DNA of 63,976 nt, counting the filler, from Reclinomonas americana ATCC 50394 (lineage: Eukaryota): assembly GCA_048213135.1 (NCBI GenBank). It is 13 parts of 13 records of this genome, joined end to end, with 100 filler letters (N's around TTAATTAATTAA, not from the genome) between each part and the next. Parts side by side here need not be neighbours in the genome. Positions count along the whole stretch, not along the records: positions 39,756 to 42,009 come from AFZH01019414.1; positions 42,110 to 45,161 come from AFZH01019415.1; positions 45,262 to 48,397 come from AFZH01019417.1; positions 48,498 to 57,364 come from AFZH01019418.1; 9 more parts are not named here. The stretch is one strand, 5' to 3'. Of the stretch, positions 41,301-55,900 are shown piece after piece; position 1 is the stretch's first letter; each line of letters starts with the position of its first letter. The translations under genes were made by a program, and so were the position numbers. Below the pieces are notes generated by a model, which worked only from the letters and a program-made list of their open reading frames with translations, was not told the origin of the DNA and made no database searches.

Positions 41301-44300
41301 CACACGAACACGAACACACAAATATGAGAATGCGCGCCACACACTCCACGAACATAGGATGGCAAGGGGAAAAACAGCACGCACCAAACAGCAACTGCAG
41401 CTGCGACGCCACTTCGCCATACTGCGTCGCTCCACTCGGTCGATAACACATCTTCACATATCCCGCCACCGCCACTGGCGCACCGCCAGTCGGCGACACA
41501 AGCATCGTCGCATTGCCGCTGCCGTCGGTCGACATGCTCTGACTCACACTCACACTCGTCGCTTGTGCCGTCGCCGTGCACGCCGTCGCTGTCGCCACAA
41601 TCACCACACTGTCGCCCGCCTGCAACACATTGCCGCTCAGTGTCGTCACACCGCCGCCTCCAACCAGCGTCGGCAGAATCGTCGGAACAAAGCTCGTCAC
41701 CCGCACTGACCACACACACACACAAACAAAAAAGGGGGACACGAAACAGGCAAAGTCAGAGCCACACTTCATACGCAAGGACAGCAGCAGCAGCACTCAC
41801 CCGTCGACACATTCGAGCTGCCGGCACTCATGAACTCGTACCACGCTGTGCCGACGCCAAGCTGCACACACAACTTTTGTTGCACTGTGCTCTCTGTGGC
41901 CGGCACACCCACATCCACAAACACCGACGTGGCCGGTGCCGCCATTCCCGACGACGTCGTCGATGCCGTGCTGCCAGCAAGCGCACTGTCGGTGGCACAT
42001 GCGCCTGCANNNNNNNNNNNNNNNNNNNNNNNNNNNNNNNNNNNNNNNNNNNNTTAATTAATTAANNNNNNNNNNNNNNNNNNNNNNNNNNNNNNNNNNN
42101 NNNNNNNNNGACACACACACACACAAACAAAAAAGGGGGACACGAAACAGGCAAAGTCAGAGCCACACTTCATACGCAAGGACAGCAGCAGCAGCACTCA
42201 CCCGTCGACACATTCGAGCTGCCGGCACTCATGAACTCGTACCACGCTGTGCCGACGCCAAGCTGCACACACAACTTTTGTTGCACTGTGCTCTCTGTGG
42301 CCGGCACACCCACATCCACAAACACCGACGTGGCCGGTGCCGCCATTCCCGACGACGTCGTCGATGCCGTGCTGCCAGCAAGCGCACTGTCGGTGGCACA
42401 TGCGCCTGCACGACTGATGATCTTGAACACGTCCCGCGCACTCGACAAGTTGCTGCCCGACACCGTGATTCGCTTCGCCACTCCATCCGCCACAATCACC
42501 GACGGCGCCAGCGACGACACATCCACTGTGCAAGCATGTCAGAGGAATTCATGTCAGCTGCTACGGCGACGACAAAAGACGACACAAGCACATTCTCTCG
42601 AGCTCCATACCAATGTCAATCGATGCGCCCACTTTCAGAAATGTGTCAACACCGACGCCCATGCCCACTGCAACACACACAGATGCAGTCCCTGCGGTGA
42701 GGCCACTCGGTGCAAATCCACTCGCCACAGTGCTCAGCGTGTCGCCCGCTGGTGTTAGCGATGTGGCAAGCACTCCTCCACCCGCCGCGGTGCACGACGC
42801 GCCCGACTCCACCCGCACAATCGACGACGAGCTCAACCCGAATCCACTCACTGACACTTGCACATTGCTGCTCTGCGCTAGCAAAGCTCCCGGCAAGTAT
42901 CCAGTCGCCGATGCTGCATCACGCCAAAAGAATACAGTGTGACGAAAGCGTGCACTTGGCAGGAAACGCAACTAGGGCATGAGAAAACACTCACCAGCCA
43001 CGAGCGTAGTTGCCGGCACAATTTGCACCCACGACAGTGTCGGGGCAAACCGCACGCAAATGATGTCTGCATCCACATGCACACTCGTCATCAATCACGC
43101 TCGACAATCACACCATCGCATTCCACAGCACGCAACAATTGGCCGCAGGCACACTTCCCACCGTCACCACCATGTGTGTGAACGACGCATCAATACTCGC
43201 CGGCGTCACAACAGTGCCACCACCCATACACGGTCCCGAAGTCTGCACTTGCACGGAATCCGTCAGCGCCATCGAAGATCCCGTCAGCGTCACCGACGCC
43301 GTTCCGTCGTTGGCCAGAATCACGGTACCGAAAAACGAGGTCACAGATGCTGCACACACGCACAACAATGCCGCGGGTTAGCTGCTGCTCTGCATCGACA
43401 TCATCCCATATTCCCAAGCATTGCAAAAGCAGCAGACGCAACGAACTCGCAACACCCCCACCACACTCCAGCTCGGGTACGTCGACGCAAACAGCACACA
43501 CAGTGTGTATCGCCCAGTTGCCACCATGCCGACCACAGAGATGCTGGCTGAGTTACGACCAGCCGACACACTGTCCACTCCGAATGACACCAACGTGCCC
43601 GCACCCGAACACGACGACACGCCGCCAACTTGCAGCTGTGCTCGAAACGCCACTCGCCCACTATCGAACCCCACACCATTCACAGCAAGCTGCGGATTCG
43701 TGTCTGTCGGCATCACCACCGTCGGCGTGAACGTTGTCGTCGAAGCTGTGCAACACAGGGGGATCAGCGCGTCAACACGCTCCAACGATCTCTAGTCAAC
43801 GCACGCCCGCACGCAACTCGCATACAAGATGGCCGTGCCAACTCGCTGGAAACCCCATCCCGCTTGGAACTCCACGCACACCATGTACGAGCCCTATGCA
43901 CACACACACACATATGATGCCATTCAGCTCATCTGCACAGCACCTGATGCAGGGTACACACAATTACTCACCGACGCAAGGCCGCCGCCTCCAATTTGCA
44001 CCGTCAGCTCCGTCGACGATCCATTCACAGACTGGCTCACGCCCAACGATCCACCACCACCAACTGTGCACACTCCTGCACCCGTGGCCTCGAATCGCAC
44101 GCTGTTGGTCGTGCGCAACGCTGACCCGGTCACCGTCACTTGCGCCGTTGACAGGCCAGTAGGAATCATGTCTGGAGAGAATGCAGTCGAGAAGCTGCTG
44201 CTCGCCGCTGTGAACGAGAAGAACATGTGCTGTCAGTACCGCAATTCTCTGGCACACACAAGCAGGAAGGCAGGCGCACACACGCAACGAACAAACGCTG

Positions 44301-46750
44301 TTCCCGCCGCTTGCGCATATCCAAACGTGCTGTCGTACTGAACGCACACGCTCCACGAAGTGCCGCCGGCAAGACCACCGCCAGTCACTTGCACCGTCAA
44401 CTGCGTCAGCGCACCATTCACACTCACACTGCTCAGCGCTGCACCACTCGCCGTCGGCGCCGTCGTACAGTCCGACCCACCAGGCTCCACTCGCACCACA
44501 AACGATGTGTCCAATCCCGCGCCCACAATCACCACCTGCTGGCTCGCCGACGACGGCTGCCAGTACACTGGTGTGAACGATGTTACCGTCGCTGTGCCAA
44601 TCACAATCATTGTCATTGTCAGTGACGCTCTCACACACAACACAGAAAACACGCAGTCAAAGCACACACACACACACACACACACGCAACGAGCAAGCAG
44701 CACTGCAGTGCCGACACGCGTGAACGATGCAGAGCCCACAGTCCGGCTGCACACCAAATACGGACCAGTCGCAAGGCCACTTGCACCAGCCGAGTACACA
44801 ACCTCCGTGTGTGCCGCATTCACCGACACACTCACTCCCACAGTTCCAGAGCCCGCGGCTGCACACGCGCCAGACGACCCCGGTTGGAATCGTATCTCGT
44901 CGGCCGTGTCCAGTGACGTGCCAGTCACCGTCACCCTCATAGTCGCACTCGATGCCGCCACCACTGTCGGACCAAACGATGCTGCCGCTCCAGGAACTTG
45001 GGTGATGGTGAACGTCGACTGCATCGACAGCGCAGGTGTGCCATTGTCCGTCACTCGAATGTCGACTGTCAGTGTGCCAGTCTGGTTGGCATTGACAATG
45101 TACACTTGATTGCCGGTGATCGACAGGAGTGCTGCTGATGCCGATGGCTGCAAGGCGTTCGNNNNNNNNNNNNNNNNNNNNNNNNNNNNNNNNNNNNNNN
45201 NNNNNTTAATTAATTAANNNNNNNNNNNNNNNNNNNNNNNNNNNNNNNNNNNNNNNNNNNNCGGTACGGTCGGTACGGTACGTACGGTAGGTACGGTACG
45301 GTACGGTACGGACGGTGGTAGGTGGGTACGGGTACGGGTACGGAACGGACGACGTACGTACGACGAGAGAGAGGAGGAGGAGAGAGAGAGAGAGAGAGAG
45401 AGAGAGGGGGAAAATGAGCGAGTGCGAGATGCTGTGCATGCAAGGACTCGCTGACGAACTCGGATAGCAGCACATCTGCAGGCCGTTGAGGACGATGGGC
45501 GTTCTCGTCCACGCGCCGTTGTTCCAGTTCACCACCGCATAACTCGTAAGGTCAGTGGAAAACGATGGTGCTGCCACGACGGTGCACTCATCAGCAACAA
45601 GGCAAAACAAAACTCTCTCGCCTTCACACGCCTACTCACAGCTCGTGTCGGATGTGAAACACACTTGACCATCGATTGGGAACGGACCCATGGCCATGCC
45701 ATCACTTTTGGTATTGGCCCAGCTAAACGATGACGTGAATGTGGCTGATGCACGAGGCGCAGAGAAGCGTCAGAGGAAAACGCAGGAGAGCAGCAGACAC
45801 AAACACGGACTGAATCGACGCACCAGAGTTGCTTGTTCCCGTCTGCCATCACGAAAAAACGTGGTTAGCAAACCACAAAGAGAAGAAGGGAGGACGAGCA
45901 GCAGCGAGACGCAACCCAAGCACCGCCCTCTCCTGGGTCATTCTGTGCCACGTATGGCGAGCCCACAGAGAGGAGACTGTACGGCGTCGTAGCGGTCATC
46001 TTGGCGTTGAGGAACTTGGAGGATGTGCCAGCTGCACCGTCCCAGTTGAGCTCGTACACCCAATGCAGCTTGTCGGTGTTATCGACAAGGAAGTACGCGA
46101 CCTGTGTGACACAGTAAGCAAGAGCGATAGAGGAGAGATGCAGAGGAAGCAAAAACGCAACAAATCCATCGCGTACTTCAAAGCCCGAATGCCACGACGC
46201 GTTGGAGTAGTTGAGATAGCTCACAATGTCGTTGGTGATGCACACAGGTTGGATAGTCGCAGGCGCCGCCAGTCCAGGATACGTGTACGAGCACGAGAGA
46301 AGGCTCAATGAACTGCACCGCACATTGTCAGGCTCCACACATACTGTCTCTCACGTACGCAGTTGACAGCGTACAGCCTCACTCTATGACTCTCATTTGC
46401 CACGCGCGTGCAAGTGTGTAGAGAGTGTGTGTGTGTGAGTGTGCAAGATTCTAATGCGGATGCACGAACCATGCTTCGACTGGCAGTGCGACTTGGATCA
46501 CGAGTAGCACTGAGAGCACCACAGACGACGCGAAGGCTGGCTCCAGCGACCATGAAGCCTACAGCACCACCCAGAGTGATGAGCTCAGCAAAATTAGACA
46601 CAACACTCACTCTTCCTCTCTCATGCGCACACGCTCTCTTTGTCACGCGCGCGCGCTCTCTCTATCTCTTTTACTACACACACACATACACGCACACACA
46701 CACAGATACTCTCTCTCTCTCTCGCACACTCAACTTGACACCGTCTCCAT
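38369..46750 (-). CDS. Giant single-pass surface receptor, paralog A: signal peptide, cadherin-like domain, TIG/IPT-like repeats, TM + Cys string, Ser/Pro-rich tail; start approximate, three gaps inside
   Basis: Signal-like SVVLSVLLVIQVALPVEA (~46470-46560), TVDIRVTDNGTPALS (~45020-45075), one-exon-per-domain repeats, TM HAYVPATIAIGSIAGLLGLLCCCYCCACFSCCRRRR (~39425-39530), stop at 38369. Confidence 0.7.
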
Positions 46751-46940
46751 CGATGACGAACTCTTTCACGAGCAGAGTCGCTCGTCGCGGTTGCGCGCGT
46801 TAACATGTCGCTCGATGTCAGCAATTGCTTTTTTCTGTCGCGCTCTGGCGTTTCTCCTGCTTTCACACGTGCACTTGATTGGACTGATTGCTTTCAAATT
46901 TCAAATTTCCTTTTGTAGAAATTCGTTCGGCGCACCTTCA

Positions 46941-49900
46941 TTAAGGACTCGGATCCTGATGCTGGTCCGATCGGGCGCGTTGGTCCTCCAGCTGCGTCGC
47001 CCACTGCTGCAATACGGACGAAAGACGCGGTGACACGACCAGCTCAGGGGCGGCAGGGACAGCGGCATGAGCAGCCGGTGGACCACTCGGAGGGATGCTA
47101 TTCGCAATCCGAGTCCCTGATCCGTCGTCGTCGTCGCCCTCTGGAACATTGATGTGTAACACCGCCTCCGGAGCAGCCACAACGGAGGCTGACTGTGCAT
47201 CCGGTCGACGGCGCCACGTGTCGAGAAGGCGCAGCAACCGGTCGCTCGCAGCCGCGGTGACCGGTGGTGGCTGCACCGGCGACAACGGCGATGCAGGCGC
47301 TGCGGACTGCGGCCGTCGCCACTCGTTCACTGGAGAACCCGATACAGGCGCCGAAGGACTGCCGTGGCCAGATCTAGCAGCGATACCACCACTCTCTGCT
47401 GGCGAACTCGGTTGAGGTGAGACGTCCGCTCCGAACATACTAGACGGAGCCGCGGACATGGGTCGACCGGTGCGCGCGGCAAGTCGCATGCGGAGCGCAT
47501 TCAACAAAAGAGAGCCCGCGTCGCTGTCGTTGCCCAAGAGCGACGCATCCAGCATCACTCCCGACGGTGTCGCCGCGCGCTCCGTCCCCAGCGGACTCGT
47601 GACACCAGAGTGGTGTGGACTGACGGCGCCCGACCGGTACGGCGTGGCGTATCCAGAGCGGAGTGGACTCGCTGGCGTGCTGGCAAAAGACACTGAGAGT
47701 GCGGCGTACCCACTGTCCACTCGGCGGTGACCACGTTGTCGCCAGCTGGCTGGAATCGCCGCCTTCTCCGGATCCAGGTCGGGAGGCAGCAACAACTCAC
47801 CCTCTGTGTCACAAAAGTCGCAACCATGAGAAATCATACACGGTCATTCACACAGACGCAGAGAGATGATAGACTGCTCACCAGGCACATCGTCGTACGT
47901 TGGGCGATGCGGGTCGCGGGCACCGTCTTCCTCCGCCAACGGAGCAGCAGCCGACGCGTGCGCTGCTGTAACATTGAAAAATGGTGTTCCCGGAACCGAT
48001 ACCTCCTCCACCAACAGCATCGGCGGAATGCTACTGTCACCGTCGCCCTCAGACAACTCGACGTGCTTCAACTTTGACAACGTCTGCCGACGGAGCACCT
48101 CACGAGCAATGTCCTCAATGCCAGAACGCTTCAGCGCCCGCTTATCCTCTTCCTCAATCGCCGCCAACATCGCCTCCTCCTCCTTTAGCAGCTGCTGCCG
48201 CCTCTTCTTTCGACGCCGACGACAGCCCGCGCAACAAGGGCAGCAGAAGCAGCAACACAATAGGCCAAACCCGCCACCGAGGACACCAATAGCGGCCAAC
48301 ACAGGCACGTACGCATGGCTCTCAATCCAAGGCGACGTTTGCACAACGGGCGGAACGGCACTTACAAAGTCGCCGTCGGTAGTCTGCACGACCCGCANNN
48401 NNNNNNNNNNNNNNNNNNNNNNNNNNNNNNNNNNNNNNNNNTTAATTAATTAANNNNNNNNNNNNNNNNNNNNNNNNNNNNNNNNNNNNNNNNNNNNAGA
48501 CACCAACACTAATCAGACTCACCCATTGAACACCACCGGATTGCCACTCCATCCGACACTCGTTCCCTCCACAAACACATCCACCCACGACACAATAATC
48601 ACATTGTTCGCCGGCATCGAGAACGCGTACCACTGTGCCGTACTGTCCCCATTCACCCCATACCGCACGCACACACGGTACCGATCCGACATTGCCGCTT
48701 GTGCTCGCGTCACCGCCAGCTTCACCGTCGCCTCGCCAGTGACCGAAACATTGACACCACTTGTCCATCCGCGACTGCTGCCACTCGCACACGACTCACT
48801 CACGTCCACCATCCGGTACTCGTCACGAGCTCCACCAACCAATCCACTGTGCGCGAGCGTAAACATTTGCAGCTCCCCATTGGCCAACAGCACATCAGGT
48901 CCAATGTTGCTGATCAGCACTGCACATTGTCACGAGAAGATCAGATACACGAACCAGCAGGCAGAGAGAAGAATGCACACACACACACACACCGGCAGCC
49001 ACTGGCAGCAAGCCACTGCTCACTTGTCCGTACTGCACACCCACTGCGTTTGACGGACGCACACACACGCGATACGATCCAGCCGCTCCATTCACAGGTA
49101 GCGGAATCGACAGTCGCAGCTCCGATCCGTTCACCACTGCCGCCGGCGTCGTCGTCGCAAATGCAGCCATCGGAGCACCAGCTGCCATGCACCCAGTCGC
49201 CGAACTGACAATGCGCACATCCGAGTTGGCCACACCGAGCCCACTCCCCTCCACCTCCATCGTCACACTGTTCCACTCGCCAGCCGCCACATCCACAATG
49301 TTGATCAGCGGCAGCACCACCGGCCGCACAATGTCCATTGTCACTGTGTCGAGCACAAACACACGAGAATGTCATGTGAGACAAACACAACGAATGCAAA
49401 GAGACTACCAAGCAGTGAACAAGCAGTCACCTCCTCCGACATCGCCAGAGCTCGCCACATCAAACGGATACCACTCGTACCCGCTTTGTGCGACCAGCGA
49501 GTGTCGAATGCACAGCCGAAACATGAGCCCGCTGCTCGCCGCTACACTCGCCGCCATCGTCACATCCACAGTCACCGAAATCGACCCGGCACCACCATTG
49601 CTCGTCACCACTGTCGTGCCAATGCTGCTGCCCGACGCACACACGTCGCTGGCCACGATAAGCTTAAACGAGTCGCGCGAGTCGCTCAACTGCTGCCCAC
49701 TGATGGTGAACGCCTTGCTGATCCCGTCCATCACAAACACCGGTGGAACACGACTGGCGGCAGACACTGCATGCAGACATCACACACGAACACGAACACA
49801 CAAGTATGAGAATGCGCGCCACACACTCCACGAACATAGGATGGCAAGGGGAAAAACAGCACGCACCAAACAGCAACTGCAGCTGTGACGCCACTTCGCC

Positions 49901-52900
49901 ATACTGCGTCGCTCCACTCGGTCGATAACACATCTTCACATACCCCGCCACCGCCACTGGCGCACCGCCAGTCGGCGACACAAGCATCGTCGCATTGCCG
50001 CTGCCGTCGGTCGACATGCTCTGACTCACACTCACACTCGTCGCTTGTGCCGTCGCCGTGCACGCCGTCGTGGTCGCCACAATCACCACACTGTCGCCCG
50101 CCTGCAACACATTGCCGCTCACTGTCGTCACACCGCCGCCTCCAACAAGCGTCGGCAGAATCGTCGGAACAAAGCTCGTCACCCGCACTGGCCAGACACA
50201 CACACACAAAGGGACACGAACCAGGCAAAGTCAGACCCGCACCTCAAATAGAGGAACCAAACACAGGCAGCAGCACTCACCCGTCGACACATTCGAGCTG
50301 CCGGCACTCATGAACTCGTACCACGCTGTGCCGACGCCGAGCTGCACACACAACTTTTGCTGCACTGTGCTCTCCGTGGCCGGCACACTCACATCCACAA
50401 ACACCGACGTGGCCGGTGCCGCCATTCCCGACGACGTCGTCGATGCCGTGCTGCCAGCAAGCGCACTGTCGGTGGCACATGCACCGGTGCGGCTGATGAT
50501 CTTGTACACATCCCGCACACTATCCAGATAGGCGCCACTGACCGTCACACGCTTCACCACCCCATCTGCCACCACCACCGACGGCGCCAGCGACGACACA
50601 CGCACTGCATTATCGATCAACAGTCAGGGTACAACTAGACAAGCGCCCGTACCACAAAAAAACACAGATCGTGCACTCACCAAACAGTAGCGCCGCCTGC
50701 GACGCCACTTCGCCGTACTGCGTCGCCCCGCTCGGCAAGTGACACATCCTCACAGGCCCAGCAACCGCCATCGGCACCAACCCCGTCGGTGACAGCGTCA
50801 GAGTTCCACCACTGCCACTGCCGTCCGCCACAAACGACTTTGTCAAATCAACCACCGACGTCTGACTCGTCGCCGTACACGATGTCGTCTGCGCAACCAT
50901 CACCACCACATCGCCAGCCTGCACCAGAGTGCCACTCAGGGTCACCACGCCGCCCCCGCTGACGAGCACCGGCAGTACCGATGGTGTGAATGTCGACAGC
51001 CGAACTGATTCATAGATTTTTCACGCAATTATTCAGCACGGAATTTCGGGAGACAGCAACTCATAAACACACACATACCTGTGCGCATGTACGACGCGGC
51101 GGTCGTCTCAAACTCGTACCACACCAGACCAGGCCCACTGCCAAACTGCACGCACAACTTTTGCAACACCGTGACCTCGGTGTCTGGCACTACAACATCC
51201 ACAAACACCGACGCAGATGGCGCCGCCATTCCCGACGATGTTGTGCTGCACGTGCTCCCGACCAGGGACGCCGCCGTTGCACACGCCGATGCCCGACTCA
51301 CGATCTTGAACACATCGCGACTGCTGTCCAAGAACGCCCCACCCACAGTCACACGCTTCGCCACGCCATCGGCTACCATAGTGGCAGGCGACACACTGCC
51401 AACTTGCACTGCCATGCACAGCAAGCATGAGAGTCAGCACGGTCCATGCTGATGATAAACACCCACGCACGCTCATTCACCACTCACTCACTCACCAAAC
51501 AACAGCTGCGTCTGCGATGCCACGTCGCCAAACTGTGTGCCACCAGTCGGCCGATAGCACATTTTGACATACCCCGCGGTGGCCACGGGTGCCGTTCCGT
51601 CTGGACTCAGCATGACAATTCCGTGACCACTCATATCCGTGCCACTGGTCTGCGTCGCACTGACAATCGTCGTCTGCGATGTGCTTGTGCACGCTGTCGC
51701 CACCGTCACAAACACCACACTGTCGGTCGCTTGCATACGACTGCCACTCAGTGTCACCACTCCGCCGCCTCCAACCAGTGTGGGGAGAATCAGAGGGAAG
51801 AAAGATGCCACACGCACTGCGAAAAAAACAAAATGAAGATAAGACGCTTTGTCTGCACTGCTCTTTTCTACTCACTCCACTTACCAGTCGACAGTGAGCC
51901 ACCAGCAACCGTGTAGAAGTCATACCACACCAGGCTTGCCGCACTCCCAAACCGAACACACAGCTTTTGCGACACAGTGGCCGTCGTGTCCGGCACACTC
52001 ACATCCACAAACACACTGTTGGCTGGTGCCGCCGTCCCCGATGACAGCGTCGACATCGATGTGCCAGCCAACGCCGCATCCGTGCTGCACACGCCACCAC
52101 TCGCAATCATCTTGAACATGTCACGATTCGCGTCAAGTTGCGCACCGCTCACAGTCAGCCGCTTCACAACTCCATCCGCCACCATCACCGTCGGTGCCAT
52201 CGTGCTCACTTGCACTGTCACACAAAAAGGAGAGTTTGACGCGTCAGGATTCCTCAGCACCGCCCACAGCTGCAGCAACAATCACTCACCGAACAACACT
52301 GTCGACTGCGACGCAACCTCGCCATACTGCGTCGCACCGCTCGGCAGGTAGCACAGTTTGACAAGCCCAGCCACAGCCGTCGGTGCGAGACCAGTGGGCG
52401 TGACGCTGATTACACCATGACCGAGTCCGTCCACAGAATACGCCTGCGTCAAATCCACAATCGTCGTCTGCACAGTGTTCGTGCACGCTGTCGTCGTCGC
52501 CACAATCACAACTCGATCCAGTGCCACCAACGCCGATCCTGTCAATGTCAACGTGCCGCCACCGCCAACGAGGACAGGAAGCACGCCGGGTGAGAACCCC
52601 GACACGCGAACTGTGCCATTTCGTGCAATGTCAGAAACAAAATCCATAAAAAAAGAACAAAGAAGCGGCGCACATGCGACATGGTACACACCTGTCGACA
52701 AGTTGCCACCCGCAGCTGTCTCAAAATCATACCACACAGATCCACCTGCCACACCAAATTGTACGCAAAGCCGCTGCGCCACACTGCTGGTGGTGTCCGG
52801 CACGCTCACGTACACGAACACACTGTTTGCTGGTGCTGCCATTCCCGACGACACGGTCGCCAGTGCACTACCACTCACACCAGCGTCAGTCCGGCACACA

Positions 52901-55900
52901 CCGCCGACAGCAATCAACTTGAACGAGTCGCGACTTGGATCCAGTTGCGCGCCGCTCACTGTCACGCGCTTGTTGATTCCATCTGCCACCACAACCGACG
53001 CCGACACGGTGGACACTCGAACTGCAAACAAGCAAACAAACAAACAAGCACACGAGTGAGGCGCAGGCCAAACGGAAAAACAAACAATACAGACACAATA
53101 CCAGAGGACACAACGCACCAAACAACACCTGAGCGCCACCCGCAACCTCGCCGTACTGACTGCCTCCAGCCGGAAGCACACACATCTTCACGTAACCGGC
53201 AACAGCAGTCGGTGCACCGCCAGTCGGCGACATTTCCAGCACGATGTTGCCAGTCACATCCAACGATGTCGACTTTGCCAGCTGCACGACGCTGGTCTGC
53301 ATCGTGGCCGTGCACGTCGATCCAACGGCCACCATGGCAACCGTGTCGCCACCACTCAATCCATACCCACTCAGCGACACCACACCACCGCCAGCTGGCA
53401 CCAACACCGGCAGTATTGTCGGCACGAACGACGACACGAGTACTGTGCAAGAGCGCACACAGTCGGTGAGTTCATCACAGACACAATTACACACATAGGT
53501 GCACAATCACCACTCACCAGTAGACACATTGCCAACGGACGCCGTATTGAATGTGAACCACACCGACCCACCGGCTACGCCAAACTGCACGCACAGCCGC
53601 TGATCGATTGTCGTGATGGCCGACGGCACAGTCACATCGACAAACACAGTCGTCGACGGAGCTGCCATGCCCGACGACGTCGTCGTCGCAGTCGTCCCTC
53701 CCAGCGGACCGTCGACCGCACATGTCCCCGACCGATCCATCAACTTGAACGTGTCGCGCGAGCTGTCCAAGAACGCACCAGACACCGTGACCCGCTTGCT
53801 GACACCGTCAGCCACCACCACCGATGGCGACACCGATGCCACGTTCACTGCAGATCGACGAGTCAGCAAACACGTAGGGCACACACACGAGATACGTCAG
53901 ACACGCACCAAACAGCAACTGCAGCTGCGACGCCACTTCGCCATACTGCGTCGCTCCACTCGGTCGATAACACATCTTCACATATCCCGCCACCGCCACT
54001 GGCGCACCGCCAGTCGGCGACACAAGCATCGTCGCATTGCCGCTGCCGTCGGTCGACATGCTCTGACTCACACTCACACTCGTCGCTTGCGCCGTCGCCG
54101 TGCACGCCGTCGTGGTCGCCACAATCACCACACCGTCGCCCGCCTGCAACACACTGCCGCTCACTGTCGTCACGCCGCCGCCTCCAACCAGCGTCGGCAG
54201 AATCGTCGGAACAAAGCTCGTCACCCGCACTGATCGAGACACACACACACAAAGGGACACGAAACAGGCAATGTCAGAACTGCACCTCATAATGAGGGAC
54301 CAAACACAAGGACAACAGCAGCAGCACACACCCGTCGACACATTCGAGCTGCCAGCACTCATGAACTCGTACCATGCTGTGCCGACGCCAAGCTGCACAC
54401 ACAACTTTTGTTGCACTGTGCTCTCCGTGGCCGGCACACTCACATCCACAAACACCGACGTGGCCGGTGCCGCCATTCCCGACGACGTCGTCGATGCCGT
54501 GCTGCCAACAAGCGCACTGTCGGTGGCACATGCGCCAGTGCGACTGATGATCTTGAACACGTCCCGCGCACTCGACAAGTTGCTGCCCGACACCGTGATT
54601 CGCTTCGCCACTCCATCCGCCACAATCACCGACGGCGCCAGTGACGACACATCCACTGTGCAAGCACGTCAGAGGAATTCATGTCAGCTGCTACGGCGAC
54701 GACAAAAGACGACACAAGCACATTCTCTCGAGCTCCATACCAATGTCAATCGATGCGCCCACTTTCAGAAATGTGTCAACACCGACGCCCATGCCCACTG
54801 CAACACACACAGATGCAGTCCCTGCGGTGAGGCCACTCGGTGCAAATCCACTCGCCACAGTGCTCAGCGTGTCGCCCGCCGGTGTCAGCGATGTGGCAAG
54901 CACTCCTCCACCCGCCGCGGTGCACGACGCGCCCGACTCCACCCGCACAATCGACGACGAGCTCAACCCGAATCCACTCACTGACACTTGCACATTGCTG
55001 CTCTGCGCTAGCAAAGCTCCCGGCGAGTATCCAGCTGCCGACGCTGCATCGCGCCAAAAGAACGCAGTGTGACGAAAGCGTGCACTTGGCAGGAAACGCA
55101 ACAAGGGCATGAGAAAACACTCACCAGCCACGAGCGTAGTTGCCGGCACAACTTGCACCCACGACAGCGTCGGTGCAAACCGCATGCAAATGATGTCTGT
55201 ATCCGCATGCACACTCGTCACCAATCACGCTTGACAATCACAACATCGCTTTGCACAGCACGCAACAATTGGCCGCAGGCACACTTCCCACCGTCACCAC
55301 CATGCTTGCGAACGACGCATCAATATTCGCCGGCGTCACAACAGTGCCACCACCCATACACGGTCCCGATGCCTGCACTCGCACGGAATCCGTCAGCGCC
55401 ATCGACGATCCCGTCAGCGTCACCGACGCCGTTCCATCGTTGGCCAGAATCACGGTGCCGAAAAACGAGGTCACAGATGCTGCACACAGGCACACACACG
55501 CACAACAACGCTGCGGGTTAGCTGCTGCTCTGCATCGACATCATCCCATATTCCCAAGCATTGCAAAAGCAGCAGACGCAACGAACTCGCAACACCCCCA
55601 CCACACTCCAGCTCGGGTACGTCGACGCAAACAGCACACACAGTGTGTATCGTCCAGTTGCCACCATGCCGACCACAGAGATGCTGGCTGAGTTGCGACC
55701 GGCCGACACACTGTCCACTCCGAATGACACCAACGTGCCCACACCCGAACACGACGACACGCCGCCAACTTGCAGCTGCGCTCGAAACGCCACTCGCCCA
55801 CTATCGAACCCCACACCAGCTACAACAAGCTGCGGATTCGTGTCTGTCGGCATCACCACCGTCGGCGTGAACGTTGTCGTCGACGCTGTGCAACATAGGG

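Noticed and set aside
41712..42409. Identical ~300-bp direct repeat flanking the gap at 42010-42109
   Set aside because: Most likely an unmerged contig-end overlap or collapsed repeat; not counted as an extra exon.
45262..45365. GTAC/TACG/CTAC-rich stretches beside gaps (also ~4380-4457, ~9525-9660, ~57465-57545)
   Set aside because: They occur only at contig ends after microsatellites and resemble degraded pyrosequencing read tails rather than biological repeats.
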